A stretch of 64,000 nt of DNA from the IMG/VR virus record IMGVR_UViG_3300035428_000406. The stretch is one strand, 5' to 3'. This DNA comes from an uncultured virus (IMG/VR IMGVR_UViG_3300035428_000406) (Duplodnaviria; Heunggongvirae; Uroviricota; Caudoviricetes). Both the position numbers and the translations under genes were made by a program. This document shows positions 43,356 through 52,740 of the stretch, piece after piece. The first letter of the stretch is position 1. Each line of letters opens with the position of its first letter. The notes beneath the pieces are model-generated. The model was not told the origin of the DNA. It was given only the letters and a program-made list of their open reading frames with translations, and ran no database searches.

Positions 43356-43801
43356 GAAAGATTAAATACATCGTCGTGCATTGCACGGCAGGTAACCAAC
43401 AGCAGAAAGCAAAGGACGTGGTATATTTCCACACCGGCCCGAAGTCAAAAGGGTGTTACGGTTGGAGCGCGCCCGGCTATCATCACATCGTCGAGGCCGA
43501 CGGTACGGTCGTAAACACATGGCCTGAAGAAAAAATCTCCAATGGCGTAAAAGGCCACAACTCCGAGTGTATTAACATCTGCTGGATTGGTGGCTATGGC
43601 TCGGTTGATAATCGCACCACAGCGCAGAAACACGCTCTAATCAATCTTGTCAAAACCCTAAAGGCAAAATATCCCAATGCAGAAGTACGCGGACACCGTG
43701 ACTTTTCCGTAGATAAGAACGGCAACGGTATCATAGACCCGTGGGAGCGCCTAAAGGACTGCCCATGCTTCGATGCAATAACTGAATATAAGCATATATG
43801 A
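43352..43801 (+). CDS. Endolysin, N-acetylmuramoyl-L-alanine amidase (T7 lysozyme type)
   Basis: IVVHCT, GYH, GHRD, KDCPCFD zinc-amidase motifs. Confidence 0.9.
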   Translation: MRKIKYIVVHCTAGNQQQKAKDVVYFHTGPKSKGCYGWSAPGYHHIVEADGTVVNTWPEEKISNGVKGHNSECINICWIGGYGSVDNRTTAQKHALINLVKTLKAKYPNAEVRGHRDFSVDKNGNGIIDPWERLKDCPCFDAITEYKHI

Positions 43802-44292
43802 AGCAGTTGCTCTATCTCACAGCCGCTTTTCTCGTCGGGTGTATCGCTACGGCAATATTCCTCACGGAGCGTAAGCCCGTTGAGCCGGCGGTAACGACTG
43901 TTACACTCTACGACACTATCCCTTACTACATCGCTGTGGCAAGGGATAGCGTTGTGGTTCGTTATGAGACACGCCGCTTGCCGATGATAGACACCACGTC
44001 AAATGTTGGGAGTGAAGATAACCTCATTGTCAAAAATGACAGCGCAGACGTGCTAATTCCAATCACGCAAAAGGAGTATCAGGACAGCACCTATCACGCA
44101 TGGGTGAGCGGCTATGCGGTCAATCTCGACAGCATATACACCTATTCCCGGCATGAATACACTACGGTGCAGCTTCCACCCTCGAAACCCAAGCGTTGGC
44201 ATTTAGGCATTACTGCCGGTTTGGCTATCACACCCAAAGGAGTGCAACCATATATCGGCGGCGGTTTAACATACTCTTTCAAATCATTCTAA
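43798..44292 (+). CDS. Putative spanin-like lysis accessory protein
   Basis: N-terminal TM and C-terminal beta-hairpin (WHLGITAG...PYIGGGLTY); follows the endolysin. Confidence 0.55.
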   Translation: MKQLLYLTAAFLVGCIATAIFLTERKPVEPAVTTVTLYDTIPYYIAVARDSVVVRYETRRLPMIDTTSNVGSEDNLIVKNDSADVLIPITQKEYQDSTYHAWVSGYAVNLDSIYTYSRHEYTTVQLPPSKPKRWHLGITAGLAITPKGVQPYIGGGLTYSFKSF

Positions 44293-44294
44293 CC

Positions 44295-44807
44295 ATGCCC
44301 ACAATAATCCTACAAGTCAACAAAGCAGCGGTGTGGAACGAGGTTGCAAAGACTTCGGGCTATACAGGCGACAAAATGACCGACGCAGACGAAAACGCCT
44401 ATGAGCGAATTCTGATAACCGATGAAGATCAAAAGAGCTTGCAGCGTTTTTGGGAAGAAGCCGTGGCCGTCGCCAACGACCAACTCAAAGAAATGCTGGA
44501 AACAGCAAGCTCCATGAACAGCGACTATAAAGTCGCTCTCCATGTGTCGCGCAGTTATGACACGGTGCTTAATGCGAGCGTACAAGCCGCACTTACGAGC
44601 TACTTCATATCGGCGATTGTCGGACGCTGGTATAAATTCAGCAACAAGGGCGAGGCCGATAGCTACTTATCCGAGGCCGCAAACATGATGGACGATGTTC
44701 TGCGCAAACTCTACTCTCGCAAGCGACCGCGCCGCCCCAATAGAGAAGGAACCACTATTCGCCCAATAATTCCTGACGCACCAATAATAACAGACCCCAA
44801 TAATTAA
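44295..44807 (+). CDS. Putative structural (ring/connector) protein, paralog 1
   Basis: Shares the YF..W..N..A..Y..R.RP pattern with the next two ORFs; start MPTIILQ. Confidence 0.6.
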   Translation: MPTIILQVNKAAVWNEVAKTSGYTGDKMTDADENAYERILITDEDQKSLQRFWEEAVAVANDQLKEMLETASSMNSDYKVALHVSRSYDTVLNASVQAALTSYFISAIVGRWYKFSNKGEADSYLSEAANMMDDVLRKLYSRKRPRRPNREGTTIRPIIPDAPIITDPNN

Positions 44808-44812
44808 CGAAT

Positions 44813-45316
44813 ATGGCACAGAAAAAAGTTGTTACCGCCACGATTGTCATGGACGAATTGCTCTATGACATCATGAACGAAACTTACCTGCGAGGCCGTA
44901 CCATTCAGGACGACACCAACTATAAGCAGGTAGCAAGTATGTTCGCCTCGCTCGACGAGGAAAACCAAGACAAGATACTTCGCTCGATTAAAAAGGCTTT
45001 CAGCGAAGTCAAGACCGAGCTTGCCGAGTATCTCACCGAAAACGGTCTGACGACCGACAACAAACTCATATCGGCCACGGCCGATCTCGTGCTGTCGCTG
45101 ACTATGCCAAGCAACTTCAATGAAGCAGCAACAGCCGGAGTGGCAGAAGCGGTCCACGACTATATCCGCAACTCTGCCGTGAGCGACTGGTATCTCGTAA
45201 CCAACAAGGCCGACGCAAGCGACTACACCGGCCTCGCCGCCCGAAGCCTCGAAAACATACGCAAGAGTGTGAGCAAGCGCAGCCGTCCTATGCGCCGAGC
45301 CGCCGCCGGCAACTGA
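44813..45316 (+). CDS. Putative structural protein, paralog 2
   Basis: VHDYIRNSAVSDWYLVTNKADASDY...KRSRPMRR. Confidence 0.6.
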   Translation: MAQKKVVTATIVMDELLYDIMNETYLRGRTIQDDTNYKQVASMFASLDEENQDKILRSIKKAFSEVKTELAEYLTENGLTTDNKLISATADLVLSLTMPSNFNEAATAGVAEAVHDYIRNSAVSDWYLVTNKADASDYTGLAARSLENIRKSVSKRSRPMRRAAAGN

Positions 45317-45317
45317 C

Positions 45318-45863
45318 ATGGCCTGTTGCTATAACGGTAACGGACGAGGCCGCGGACAGGAGCAGACAGTGAAGAATACACTCGTCTTTCTCCGCGAAGA
45401 ATTATTGCTTGACATAGAGAACTACACCTTTGTGACAGGCGACATAATGCCCGTGGAAGATGAACACCTGAAACATCAGGTCTTCGATGTAGCACAGGAC
45501 GGAAACGAAGACCTTGCCACCCGTGTACTCAATCTCGCCCATTCCGAATGTGTAGAAAGCCTATACCCCTACACCAAGACACCTTGCATACAAGATGAAA
45601 AACTCGATGATAAGTTGGTGGTGCCGGAGCAGTACGAGATAGAGCTGGCTTTGCCCAAACAATTCTCGCGCACTACGGTGTTGCTTTTGAAAGAACTTAT
45701 CCACGACTATTTTGTGTGCCGGGTGTTGGTGGAGTGGCTGGGTATTACCTGCCCGACGGCACAGCCGTTTTGGAAAGAACGGTTGGAATTGCTTATGGGC
45801 AGAATGAAACGCGCCTTACTTGGCCGACGAAAGCCACTGCGACGCGGACAATCAATGTTCTAA
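45318..45863 (+). CDS. Putative structural protein, paralog 3
   Basis: IHDYFVCRVLVEWLGITCP...RRKPLRR. Confidence 0.6.
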   Translation: MACCYNGNGRGRGQEQTVKNTLVFLREELLLDIENYTFVTGDIMPVEDEHLKHQVFDVAQDGNEDLATRVLNLAHSECVESLYPYTKTPCIQDEKLDDKLVVPEQYEIELALPKQFSRTTVLLLKELIHDYFVCRVLVEWLGITCPTAQPFWKERLELLMGRMKRALLGRRKPLRRGQSMF

Positions 45864-45865
45864 AC

Positions 45866-45897
45866 AAAGGCCGGGACGCTCACGCGCTCCGGCCTTT
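45866..45897. terminator. Bidirectional terminator at the convergence of the two arms
   Basis: AAAGGCCGG...CCGGCCTTT. Confidence 0.75.
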
Positions 45898-45923
45898 CCA
45901 CATATTAATTAATTCTCAAAAGC

Positions 45924-48770
45924 TCATCTTGGTTGGTTGGTTTTCCTTGTTTGATACTGCACTGTTGCGCCGTAGATACTCTCATCTTCGGAGAGCGACG
46001 TTACACACGCAATACGGAAATACTTGTAAGGCGAACCTCTGAACCCACGTAGGTAATGGTCTTTACTGGACCACACCAAGTGCCAGTTTACAAGGTCGCG
46101 AGAACCATAGAGAACACTTTGGACGTGTCCCTTGATAAAGTTTCCGCGCTGAATTATCGTATCTATAGTTTTATGAATATCTTGTAATTCAAGTTTGAGT
46201 GGGCGAGTAACAAAGAATCCATTGGAGCGTATCGGTATAGATTTTATGAGTGTATCCTCCCGCTGATTTTGAGATTGCGAATTTTGCGCAGCGCGCAGAG
46301 GCATAGGTTTTTCAAAAGCCGTCCACCCGGTCAAATCCTTCAGGGCCGTCCCTACTTGAATTTCCGGAGTAAAAGGAAATCTTGAAGAATCAGAGAATTT
46401 CCAACCGACATATTGTTGAGAGAAATCAACAAGTTTTCCGTCCTGACTCATGGCAAATGCATCAGGATATGAGTCAACTGTGGATTTAACGACATTGGCC
46501 ATCAAGCCCCACTCTTTAGACTTCAAAGAATATACATATGCACAGTTGCTGTCTCCACAGATGATTATCCGCTGATGCAAATAATCATAAATCATTTGAC
46601 ATGTTTTCAGGAAGTCTCCAAATGGGGCATATTTATACTGACTGGAGCTACAGCCCGCCAATTGAGCTATAGCCGCCATTGACGGTAAATCAGAGAGAGC
46701 AAACGGTGTCTCTGTTCCAATCAATTCAGAAATACACACACTGTTAGATCCGGAGAGCAACATTACGCCACGTGACGAAGGGAACAACACCGCATTGTCG
46801 ATTTGAGTAATGCCTTTGGCATTAGTACAGACATCGCGTGTTATAGGCTGTCGAGCGGTGTAGAAACCATTTGAACCGACCTCCAATGCCCAAACGCCTT
46901 CGGTTGTAAAAGCATAGAGCGGGAACTGTCCGAACTGACCTTGCGAAAGTGCTTTTGCCGCAGTCGAAATGCCGACAATCGAGCCTGAACCGATTGTATT
47001 TATGCCGTTTACTGGAAACGAGAAAGGGTTATTTACTTCTGATGTATAGACCTTATTCCCCATTGGCACATTTGCAGATGTATTTCTCGTTTCCGGCTCT
47101 GCATTGTTTGTCGGTTTAGCCTCTATACCTAACAAACCATACCAATATGCACCGTTGAGGAAGTCATGGGGCACAAGGTCGATGATAATTTCCGTACTAT
47201 CAAACGTGAAAACCATCTTGTAGGCCGCAGAATCCGGGTAATAGAGATAACGAGGGAAATTCTTGGCCAAATCCCATGAGGCAGAGTTGGCGACAACATT
47301 ATTAACGACCTTACACAATACACCGTTGAGGCGAGTATAAACGGTAATAGCGATATTTTTCTCGGCTTCGGTCGGAGTAGTCGCTTGAACGGCTGATTTC
47401 AGAGGAAATGGTTTAGCCGGTGTGAGATGTACGTCGGCAAGGTTAAGGCGAGAGTTGAATGTAAGAAGATAATTGGCCGACAACTCGCAATGGCTTTGGT
47501 AATCATCAGTTAATGTTTGTCGTGTTACTATTGAGTCCAATTCCGTTGACTCCAAAGGCAAACGCTTATGGGCTTCCATAGCCTTTACTGTGTCAATATC
47601 AACAGAAGCCACTTTATAGAACAGATTAACGCCTTTTATATCATCATGGAATTTATCGTTAAGTGACAATTCCCAAGCCGCAAATGAAGATGCTCCATCT
47701 GTTGTTAAGAAATGGTCAATGAAATTATTACCGCTTCGAGTTTCAGAATAGTGACCTACGAAAATTTTGGACGGTATAATATCCGGATGTAAACGTATAT
47801 CATAGCCATTAGGATTCCAATCATAATATGATTCGAGTAGGATCGAGCGAGAACTGCCCAAACGTTTGACTCTCTTTGATTGGTCGTAGGTGTAAATTGG
47901 AGCCGATATGAATATGTCTATACCGGCAATTAGGTCCTTCCAATTTTGTAAAGACTCGGTAGCACCATCATCAAGTATTTTATAGTCAAGAGAAAAATAA
48001 GGAACATCTAATGTTGACGGTACAGTCTGCACACCGGTCGCTGCAGTGTATTCACCAACCTTTATAAACGGGGGTATAACGTTTGGCAACATCAATATCG
48101 GTGCAGAATGCCAAGAGTAAGAGCCGTCATATAGACGATATGCGTACCTGACAAAGAAAGGCATATAGAAATATCCTTTGTTGGTAATATTCTCCTTGAC
48201 ACTTGCTAAAAGAAGTCCGAGAACTGCATTAGAATTTTCCTCGGTGTCTGCGGGCCTGGCAGACGTTCTTCCACTTCTTTCAAATGTTATATTCAATTCC
48301 TCACTGTTGCTACATGTTCCGACTCGCGTCATACCGAAAGATATAGATACAAATGGAGGCTTACTTGCAAGCACAATGTAATCGCCATCTTTCCACAAGG
48401 TATACCGCAACCCATCATCTGTCGCAACAACAAGGGTATTGCCAACAATAGCAATATCCTTTATGCCATGATATTGTGATATTAACTTTGCGCCACTTTC
48501 ATTTGCATAGACATCGGTTTTCTTTAGCCAATACAAACTTTCCCCTTCATCAGTCTTACGGATTATTATGTAGTTGTCTTGATTTGGGACATGGTGTATT
48601 AACTTGACAATGCCGCCAAGATTGCAATTAAAAATTGGCTTTGGAGGAAAGAGCGGCTTAAGAGAGCCGTCTTCTGGTATCAAGTTCAGCATACCCGATT
48701 GTCCGCCGTCTTGACATTCGTAGTCTGACGGAACAACTGAATACCCGGAATATTTAATATCCTGTATCAT
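45924..48770 (-). CDS. Putative tail tubular/stabilisation protein (~948 aa)
   Basis: Beta-rich; SEVNNPFSFP, ALSQGQFGQFPLYAFTTEGVWAL motifs; start MIQDIKYSG; lies under a late-type promoter. Confidence 0.6.
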   Translation of the reverse strand: MIQDIKYSGYSVVPSDYECQDGGQSGMLNLIPEDGSLKPLFPPKPIFNCNLGGIVKLIHHVPNQDNYIIIRKTDEGESLYWLKKTDVYANESGAKLISQYHGIKDIAIVGNTLVVATDDGLRYTLWKDGDYIVLASKPPFVSISFGMTRVGTCSNSEELNITFERSGRTSARPADTEENSNAVLGLLLASVKENITNKGYFYMPFFVRYAYRLYDGSYSWHSAPILMLPNVIPPFIKVGEYTAATGVQTVPSTLDVPYFSLDYKILDDGATESLQNWKDLIAGIDIFISAPIYTYDQSKRVKRLGSSRSILLESYYDWNPNGYDIRLHPDIIPSKIFVGHYSETRSGNNFIDHFLTTDGASSFAAWELSLNDKFHDDIKGVNLFYKVASVDIDTVKAMEAHKRLPLESTELDSIVTRQTLTDDYQSHCELSANYLLTFNSRLNLADVHLTPAKPFPLKSAVQATTPTEAEKNIAITVYTRLNGVLCKVVNNVVANSASWDLAKNFPRYLYYPDSAAYKMVFTFDSTEIIIDLVPHDFLNGAYWYGLLGIEAKPTNNAEPETRNTSANVPMGNKVYTSEVNNPFSFPVNGINTIGSGSIVGISTAAKALSQGQFGQFPLYAFTTEGVWALEVGSNGFYTARQPITRDVCTNAKGITQIDNAVLFPSSRGVMLLSGSNSVCISELIGTETPFALSDLPSMAAIAQLAGCSSSQYKYAPFGDFLKTCQMIYDYLHQRIIICGDSNCAYVYSLKSKEWGLMANVVKSTVDSYPDAFAMSQDGKLVDFSQQYVGWKFSDSSRFPFTPEIQVGTALKDLTGWTAFEKPMPLRAAQNSQSQNQREDTLIKSIPIRSNGFFVTRPLKLELQDIHKTIDTIIQRGNFIKGHVQSVLYGSRDLVNWHLVWSSKDHYLRGFRGSPYKYFRIACVTSLSEDESIYGATVQYQTRKTNQPR

Positions 48771-48772
48771 TT

Positions 48773-49156
48773 TTAGGCGAGATTTAGATGTACGATAATA
48801 GGTAGCAACCGTCGGCCTTGTTCGTCGATTATAAGTTCTCCACATGGGAGCGCAGCTTTATCGACGGCTTTGCTAACAGCTAGTATTGCTTTACACAATC
48901 GAGACGACGACCCACGAAAATGCAGACAAGTACCTTTGGACCTCGACGGAAACACCTGCGCTTCATAGCTGCCACACGAAGCTCTATCGGCATGACAGGC
49001 TATATACAGGTAATACTCGCAGCCGTCGCTCAACACGTCCACCACGTCGTCGGGGGATATGTTGAGCGCACGAACAACACGAGCTTTCAGGTCGAAGTGG
49101 CCGTCGGCACGGAAGATAACATCAGAGCGGCGAACTGTTCCGAGTAAACTTTTCAT
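48773..49156 (-). CDS. Hypothetical protein
   Basis: ORF ending just upstream of the tail gene; start MKSLLG. Confidence 0.6.
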   Translation of the reverse strand: MKSLLGTVRRSDVIFRADGHFDLKARVVRALNISPDDVVDVLSDGCEYYLYIACHADRASCGSYEAQVFPSRSKGTCLHFRGSSSRLCKAILAVSKAVDKAALPCGELIIDEQGRRLLPIIVHLNLA

Positions 49157-49550
49157 GCGGCCTCTCGATTTGGAAATAGACACGGCCTTGCGGCGTGACT
49201 TGGGTTGTTACTGTGAGCTTGCAGGGCTTCATAAACCGAGCCACGCTGTAGTCGTAGAGTATCTTTGCGACAGTTGGGTTGAGGCTTTCAAAACCTATGC
49301 ACTTGTGCTTTGAGTTATACTGAATGTCGGCCAACTGTGTAGGTTGGTCAAACGACGGATTCACGGCAAAACCGTAACACTCCGTGGCCGGCGTGTAGAA
49401 CACAAACACTTTGGGCTGTATGTCCTCGTTTCCGTATATTTTTTTGATGTTACGGAAAAGACGGCGTGAGAATGTGACAGAGTTGTCGCGAGCGTCCATT
49501 ATCACGAAGTTGTGGCTGTTGCGCCACCATGTGATGAGTTTATGAAGCAT
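49122..49550 (-). CDS. Hypothetical protein, probably on a leaderless mRNA
   Basis: ATG lies 5 nt after the -7 box. Confidence 0.65.
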   Translation of the reverse strand: MLHKLITWWRNSHNFVIMDARDNSVTFSRRLFRNIKKIYGNEDIQPKVFVFYTPATECYGFAVNPSFDQPTQLADIQYNSKHKCIGFESLNPTVAKILYDYSVARFMKPCKLTVTTQVTPQGRVYFQIERPHEKFTRNSSPL

Positions 49551-49554
49551 GAGG

Positions 49555-49593
49555 CGAATATAGTATGTATTATTTAGAGTATGTTGTTAACTT
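49555..49593 (-). promoter_or_regulatory. Putative late promoter for the leftward tail operon
   Basis: AAGTTAA (49593-49587), 24 nt, TATATTCG (49562-49555). Confidence 0.7.
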
Positions 49594-49815
49594 GGAATAG
49601 TCGTGTCGCGAACGGAACGACACGGTTTCCACAAACTTGTAGGATAGGTTGCTTTCGAGGGCGTTGCGGTGTGTGTTGGCCTCTTGCTTGCTTCGGAAGA
49701 TGAAGCTCGAAACCTCGCACTTGTTAGTGCCTCGCGTGTGAATGATATTGGCGTAGTATTTACGACCGAGAATAAACGCCACAATCTCGGTCAGGACTGT
49801 TGTTGTCTGATTCAT
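49570..49815 (-). CDS. Hypothetical protein (81 aa)
   Basis: ORF with a 4-nt overlap to the upstream gene. Confidence 0.6.
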   Translation of the reverse strand: MNQTTTVLTEIVAFILGRKYYANIIHTRGTNKCEVSSFIFRSKQEANTHRNALESNLSYKFVETVSFRSRHDYSKLTTYSK

Positions 49816-50279
49816 GTTGATTGTTGTTTTGGTTTTCTTGTTGACGAATGGCCCGGCTTAAAGCGATATTTCTCACTTCCGGGTATGATGAAGCCTTTAG
49901 GTGGGTAAGTACCATTTCTCAAATGGCTCTCCTTTGCCTTGCGGGTGGTAAATGCTTGGCACTCTTTCATAAACTGCAGAGTCTTTTCTACACCGAGTTT
50001 GCGAGCTATGCGAACACAGGAGCGTAAACTAATGCCCAGTTTCAGTGTACATATTTCAGTACGCATGTGCGGATAATTGAGTTTCAGCCATAGTAAATCG
50101 CGGCTGTCAAGATGAATTTTATTCGGATCATCTTTTTTTGGTAATCCGAGCTTGTGCGCTTTTACATATACAGCTTGAAGGGGACGACCAATTTCTTCTG
50201 CGATAAGCCGTGCAGGTTTATCAGTTTTCCACGCCGAGCGGAGCATTTCTATTTCCTGTTCAGTCCACAGTCGTTTCAT
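49812..50279 (-). CDS. HTH-repeat DNA-binding protein
   Basis: WTEQEIEML...IAEEIGRPLQAVYVKAHKLGL, a second similar unit, and RFKPGH. Confidence 0.6.
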   Translation of the reverse strand: MKRLWTEQEIEMLRSAWKTDKPARLIAEEIGRPLQAVYVKAHKLGLPKKDDPNKIHLDSRDLLWLKLNYPHMRTEICTLKLGISLRSCVRIARKLGVEKTLQFMKECQAFTTRKAKESHLRNGTYPPKGFIIPGSEKYRFKPGHSSTRKPKQQST

Positions 50280-50673
50280 ATCGTCCTTTCAGTAATTCGG
50301 GGTTGTCGTGGATGTTGCCGATGATTTCCATCTTATCAGAGAATTCTTCCCACCAATCGTTCCCGGGGTGTTGTAAGTTCATTACCCAGAAATATTCATC
50401 GTGATAGTGTTCGCAAGGCATCAACGCCCACGACATCTTATCCCAAAGGACAACACGAGGATAACGTCCATTTACTGTGATAATATCTCCCTCGTATATC
50501 TCCTTGCCGTTGAGGTCGAGCAGGCCTGTGAATTGGCCGACGGTCTCAGCTTGCACCCACGGTTGAGATTTGCTATTGCGGATGGCGAATGTGTTATCGC
50601 CATAGTCTATCAGGCTGCCATAGACCCAGTGGCCGTTAGCCGTTGTCTTGCCCCTAAATTTAATCGTTCTCAT
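50260..50673 (-). CDS. YopX-family protein
   Basis: MRTIKFRG, VGQFTGLLDLNGKEIYEGDI, EIIGNIHDNPELL. Confidence 0.9.
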   Translation of the reverse strand: MRTIKFRGKTTANGHWVYGSLIDYGDNTFAIRNSKSQPWVQAETVGQFTGLLDLNGKEIYEGDIITVNGRYPRVVLWDKMSWALMPCEHYHDEYFWVMNLQHPGNDWWEEFSDKMEIIGNIHDNPELLKGRYETTVD

Positions 50674-50855
50674 AACTTTTTGATTTTGTCTGTTAATTCT
50701 TGGGAGAAGCGGAAATATCCTAAAAAGGGTGATTGCTTGCAAATTCCTCTCAATCTACCACACATCCAACCAAGATGACACTCACTACATTTCGGCAGGG
50801 AAATATGTGGCGGTATAATCTCATAGACCTTGCCGTCAATTATTATTCCGTTCAT
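50670..50855 (-). CDS. Small Cys-rich hypothetical protein
   Basis: MNGIIIDGKVYE, CSEC, two further Cys; 4-nt overlaps on both sides. Confidence 0.6.
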   Translation of the reverse strand: MNGIIIDGKVYEIIPPHISLPKCSECHLGWMCGRLRGICKQSPFLGYFRFSQELTDKIKKL

Positions 50856-51280
50856 AGTCGTTTGATTTTATCGGGGAAACACTCTTGTACTTCTTTGAGG
50901 GCTTTGAATGCTGCTTCCATCGGGGTCTTGCCCCATGATATTCCACAGCACAAAGTGCGCTCAAGTGTTGCCAATCCTACCAATCGCTCATAAGCACACT
51001 CCCATGGCGTTATCTCTAATGGCTGATCGAGGAAAGTGTCAGGCTTGTTTGCAATTGTTTCGTTGTAGGTTATATCTGCTTCAAGTTTGCAGATTATATC
51101 CTCCAAGGTATAGGCCGGAGTACTCGCAAGATTATCGGGGATAATACCTCCAGCGACACTCAGCCGAGTTTTGCCGTCGGACAAGCGTACCAACCACACC
51201 ATACTCGCGTCCGAGCAATCCAAACCGAGGGATTGAAGCTCGCGCATATGGTCTACACTTAGGGCTATTTGTGGTTTCAT
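50852..51280 (-). CDS. Hypothetical phage protein
   Basis: MRELQSLGLDCSDASM...AYTLEDI; resembles 51488-51853. Confidence 0.65.
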   Translation of the reverse strand: MKPQIALSVDHMRELQSLGLDCSDASMVWLVRLSDGKTRLSVAGGIIPDNLASTPAYTLEDIICKLEADITYNETIANKPDTFLDQPLEITPWECAYERLVGLATLERTLCCGISWGKTPMEAAFKALKEVQECFPDKIKRL

Positions 51281-51504
51281 CTCATTTCTATTGTTTTAGT
51301 TGTTGGCAATCCATCTTGCCAAGTGGGATGTCTATGCCCATATAATACTTGACATAAATTCCTGGCAAGTCTTTCTGCCTGTCGACATTCCGCGTTGAAA
51401 TCTTCATCTAATGTCCCACACATAGAAGAAAGCGACTCAAGCAATTCTCTAATATCATCAGCTTCTTTCAGAGTTAATGATATTCTACTATTCTCTCTTT
51501 TCAT
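51277..51504 (-). CDS. Hypothetical protein (75 aa)
   Basis: Overlapping ORF in operon. Confidence 0.55.
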   Translation of the reverse strand: MKRENSRISLTLKEADDIRELLESLSSMCGTLDEDFNAECRQAERLARNLCQVLYGHRHPTWQDGLPTTKTIEMR

Positions 51505-51853
51505 TCTTACTTCTCGTTAAAGTCAAATATAATAGCTCGAATAGCGCGTCGATGAGTTCGGGTGCGATAAAGTGTGTCATATTCTTATACCTGACTACCC
51601 ATACCTTATTTCTTATATCCCATTCCATTGATAGCGGACAAACTAAAATAAAGTAGCCGTTTTGCTCGCTCGCTGGTATCTCTTTAGGCAGGAGCGAGAG
51701 AATGTCGGCAATATTGAAGATTTTTTCATGGCAAATCATATTACCACATGGCACTTCAACACATTCGCTTGCGTTGCTTGGGCTGACACCAAGCTCTATG
51801 AGGCGTTGTGATTGTTCGGGGGTTAGTTTAGCCTTCATTTTAATTTCAGTCAT
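51488..51853 (-). CDS. Hypothetical phage protein
   Basis: QSQRLIELGVSPSNASE...FNIADILSLLP; start moved to MTEIK. Confidence 0.6.
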   Translation of the reverse strand: MTEIKMKAKLTPEQSQRLIELGVSPSNASECVEVPCGNMICHEKIFNIADILSLLPKEIPASEQNGYFILVCPLSMEWDIRNKVWVVRYKNMTHFIAPELIDALFELLYLTLTRSKNEKRE

Positions 51854-52076
51854 ATTTGTGCCAATTACGAAATGATAGACGACTAACTTGTAACCACGTT
51901 TTGGAATTGCCGCCGCTTGATGTTCCTTGTGCGCAGATTTGCCCCAAGACACGCTTTCCATTCACATTAAGCACAGGATAGACCAAAGGGCTTCCGTCTA
52001 TCTCCGAGAATGTGATATACAAGTCGGATAGGCCGTCAACACCGGATAGGTCGGTGAGTTTGTCGTAGTCAATCAT
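51846..52076 (-). CDS. Hypothetical protein (76 aa)
   Basis: ORF in operon. Confidence 0.5.
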   Translation of the reverse strand: MIDYDKLTDLSGVDGLSDLYITFSEIDGSPLVYPVLNVNGKRVLGQICAQGTSSGGNSKTWLQVSRLSFRNWHKYD

Positions 52077-52099
52077 AGTTTGTCAAATTAGGGCTATGC

Positions 52100-52396
52100 T
52101 CATTCGTTTTTCCATACAATTTCAAGCGGTCGGTCAAAGTAAATCCACTCCCAACGGATATTGAGCCATGCAATATCCAACGACTTGGAATACTTGGAGT
52201 AGTACCACCACCAGTACCGCTTACCAAGGGTCAAGCTGATTCTAAACGCTCCTTTCTTGCGGTAGGTGCTGACTATGACGTAACCCTTGCGGCAATATCG
52301 CTTGCATGTTTCAAGATCGCGGTGTTCAAATGATATGCCAGTCATGTCAGCCGACCTCACCTGATACCCGCTTATAGCTTTTTGTTTCGCTTTCAT
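52100..52396 (-). CDS. Hypothetical Trp-rich protein
   Basis: ORF with a 4-nt overlap to the upstream gene. Confidence 0.55.
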   Translation of the reverse strand: MKAKQKAISGYQVRSADMTGISFEHRDLETCKRYCRKGYVIVSTYRKKGAFRISLTLGKRYWWWYYSKYSKSLDIAWLNIRWEWIYFDRPLEIVWKNE

Positions 52397-52737
52397 ATTT
52401 GTTTACCGAGTTTGATGATGAATACCTCCATATCTTCGGGCGCACCCCATTCGGGATTGCCTTTACCGATTGTGAAACCCTCAATCTCGAAGATCATTGT
52501 TGTTGAAGTGTAGCCACGATGAAAGCAGACGTGTGAGTAGTCTTTGAAATTTATTATCCGCTCTTGCTCCAATCGTCCAAAATAGTGGCATATTTTTTCT
52601 CCGTCCTTTGTCAGTATCAGCAATCGTTTTATCCAATACTCGGTGAGGTCACGATATTCCTCCGGCTTAACACCCGAAGCAATCATGTCGTACCACTTGC
52701 CTTTGAGAATTAGGTGTAACTGATTTTCCATAATCAA
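52393..52737 (-). CDS. ASCH/PUA-like domain protein
   Basis: LHLILKGKWYDMIASGVKPEEYR, FHRGY, GNPEWGA. Confidence 0.7.
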   Translation of the reverse strand: MIMENQLHLILKGKWYDMIASGVKPEEYRDLTEYWIKRLLILTKDGEKICHYFGRLEQERIINFKDYSHVCFHRGYTSTTMIFEIEGFTIGKGNPEWGAPEDMEVFIIKLGKQI

Positions 52738-52740
52738 TTA

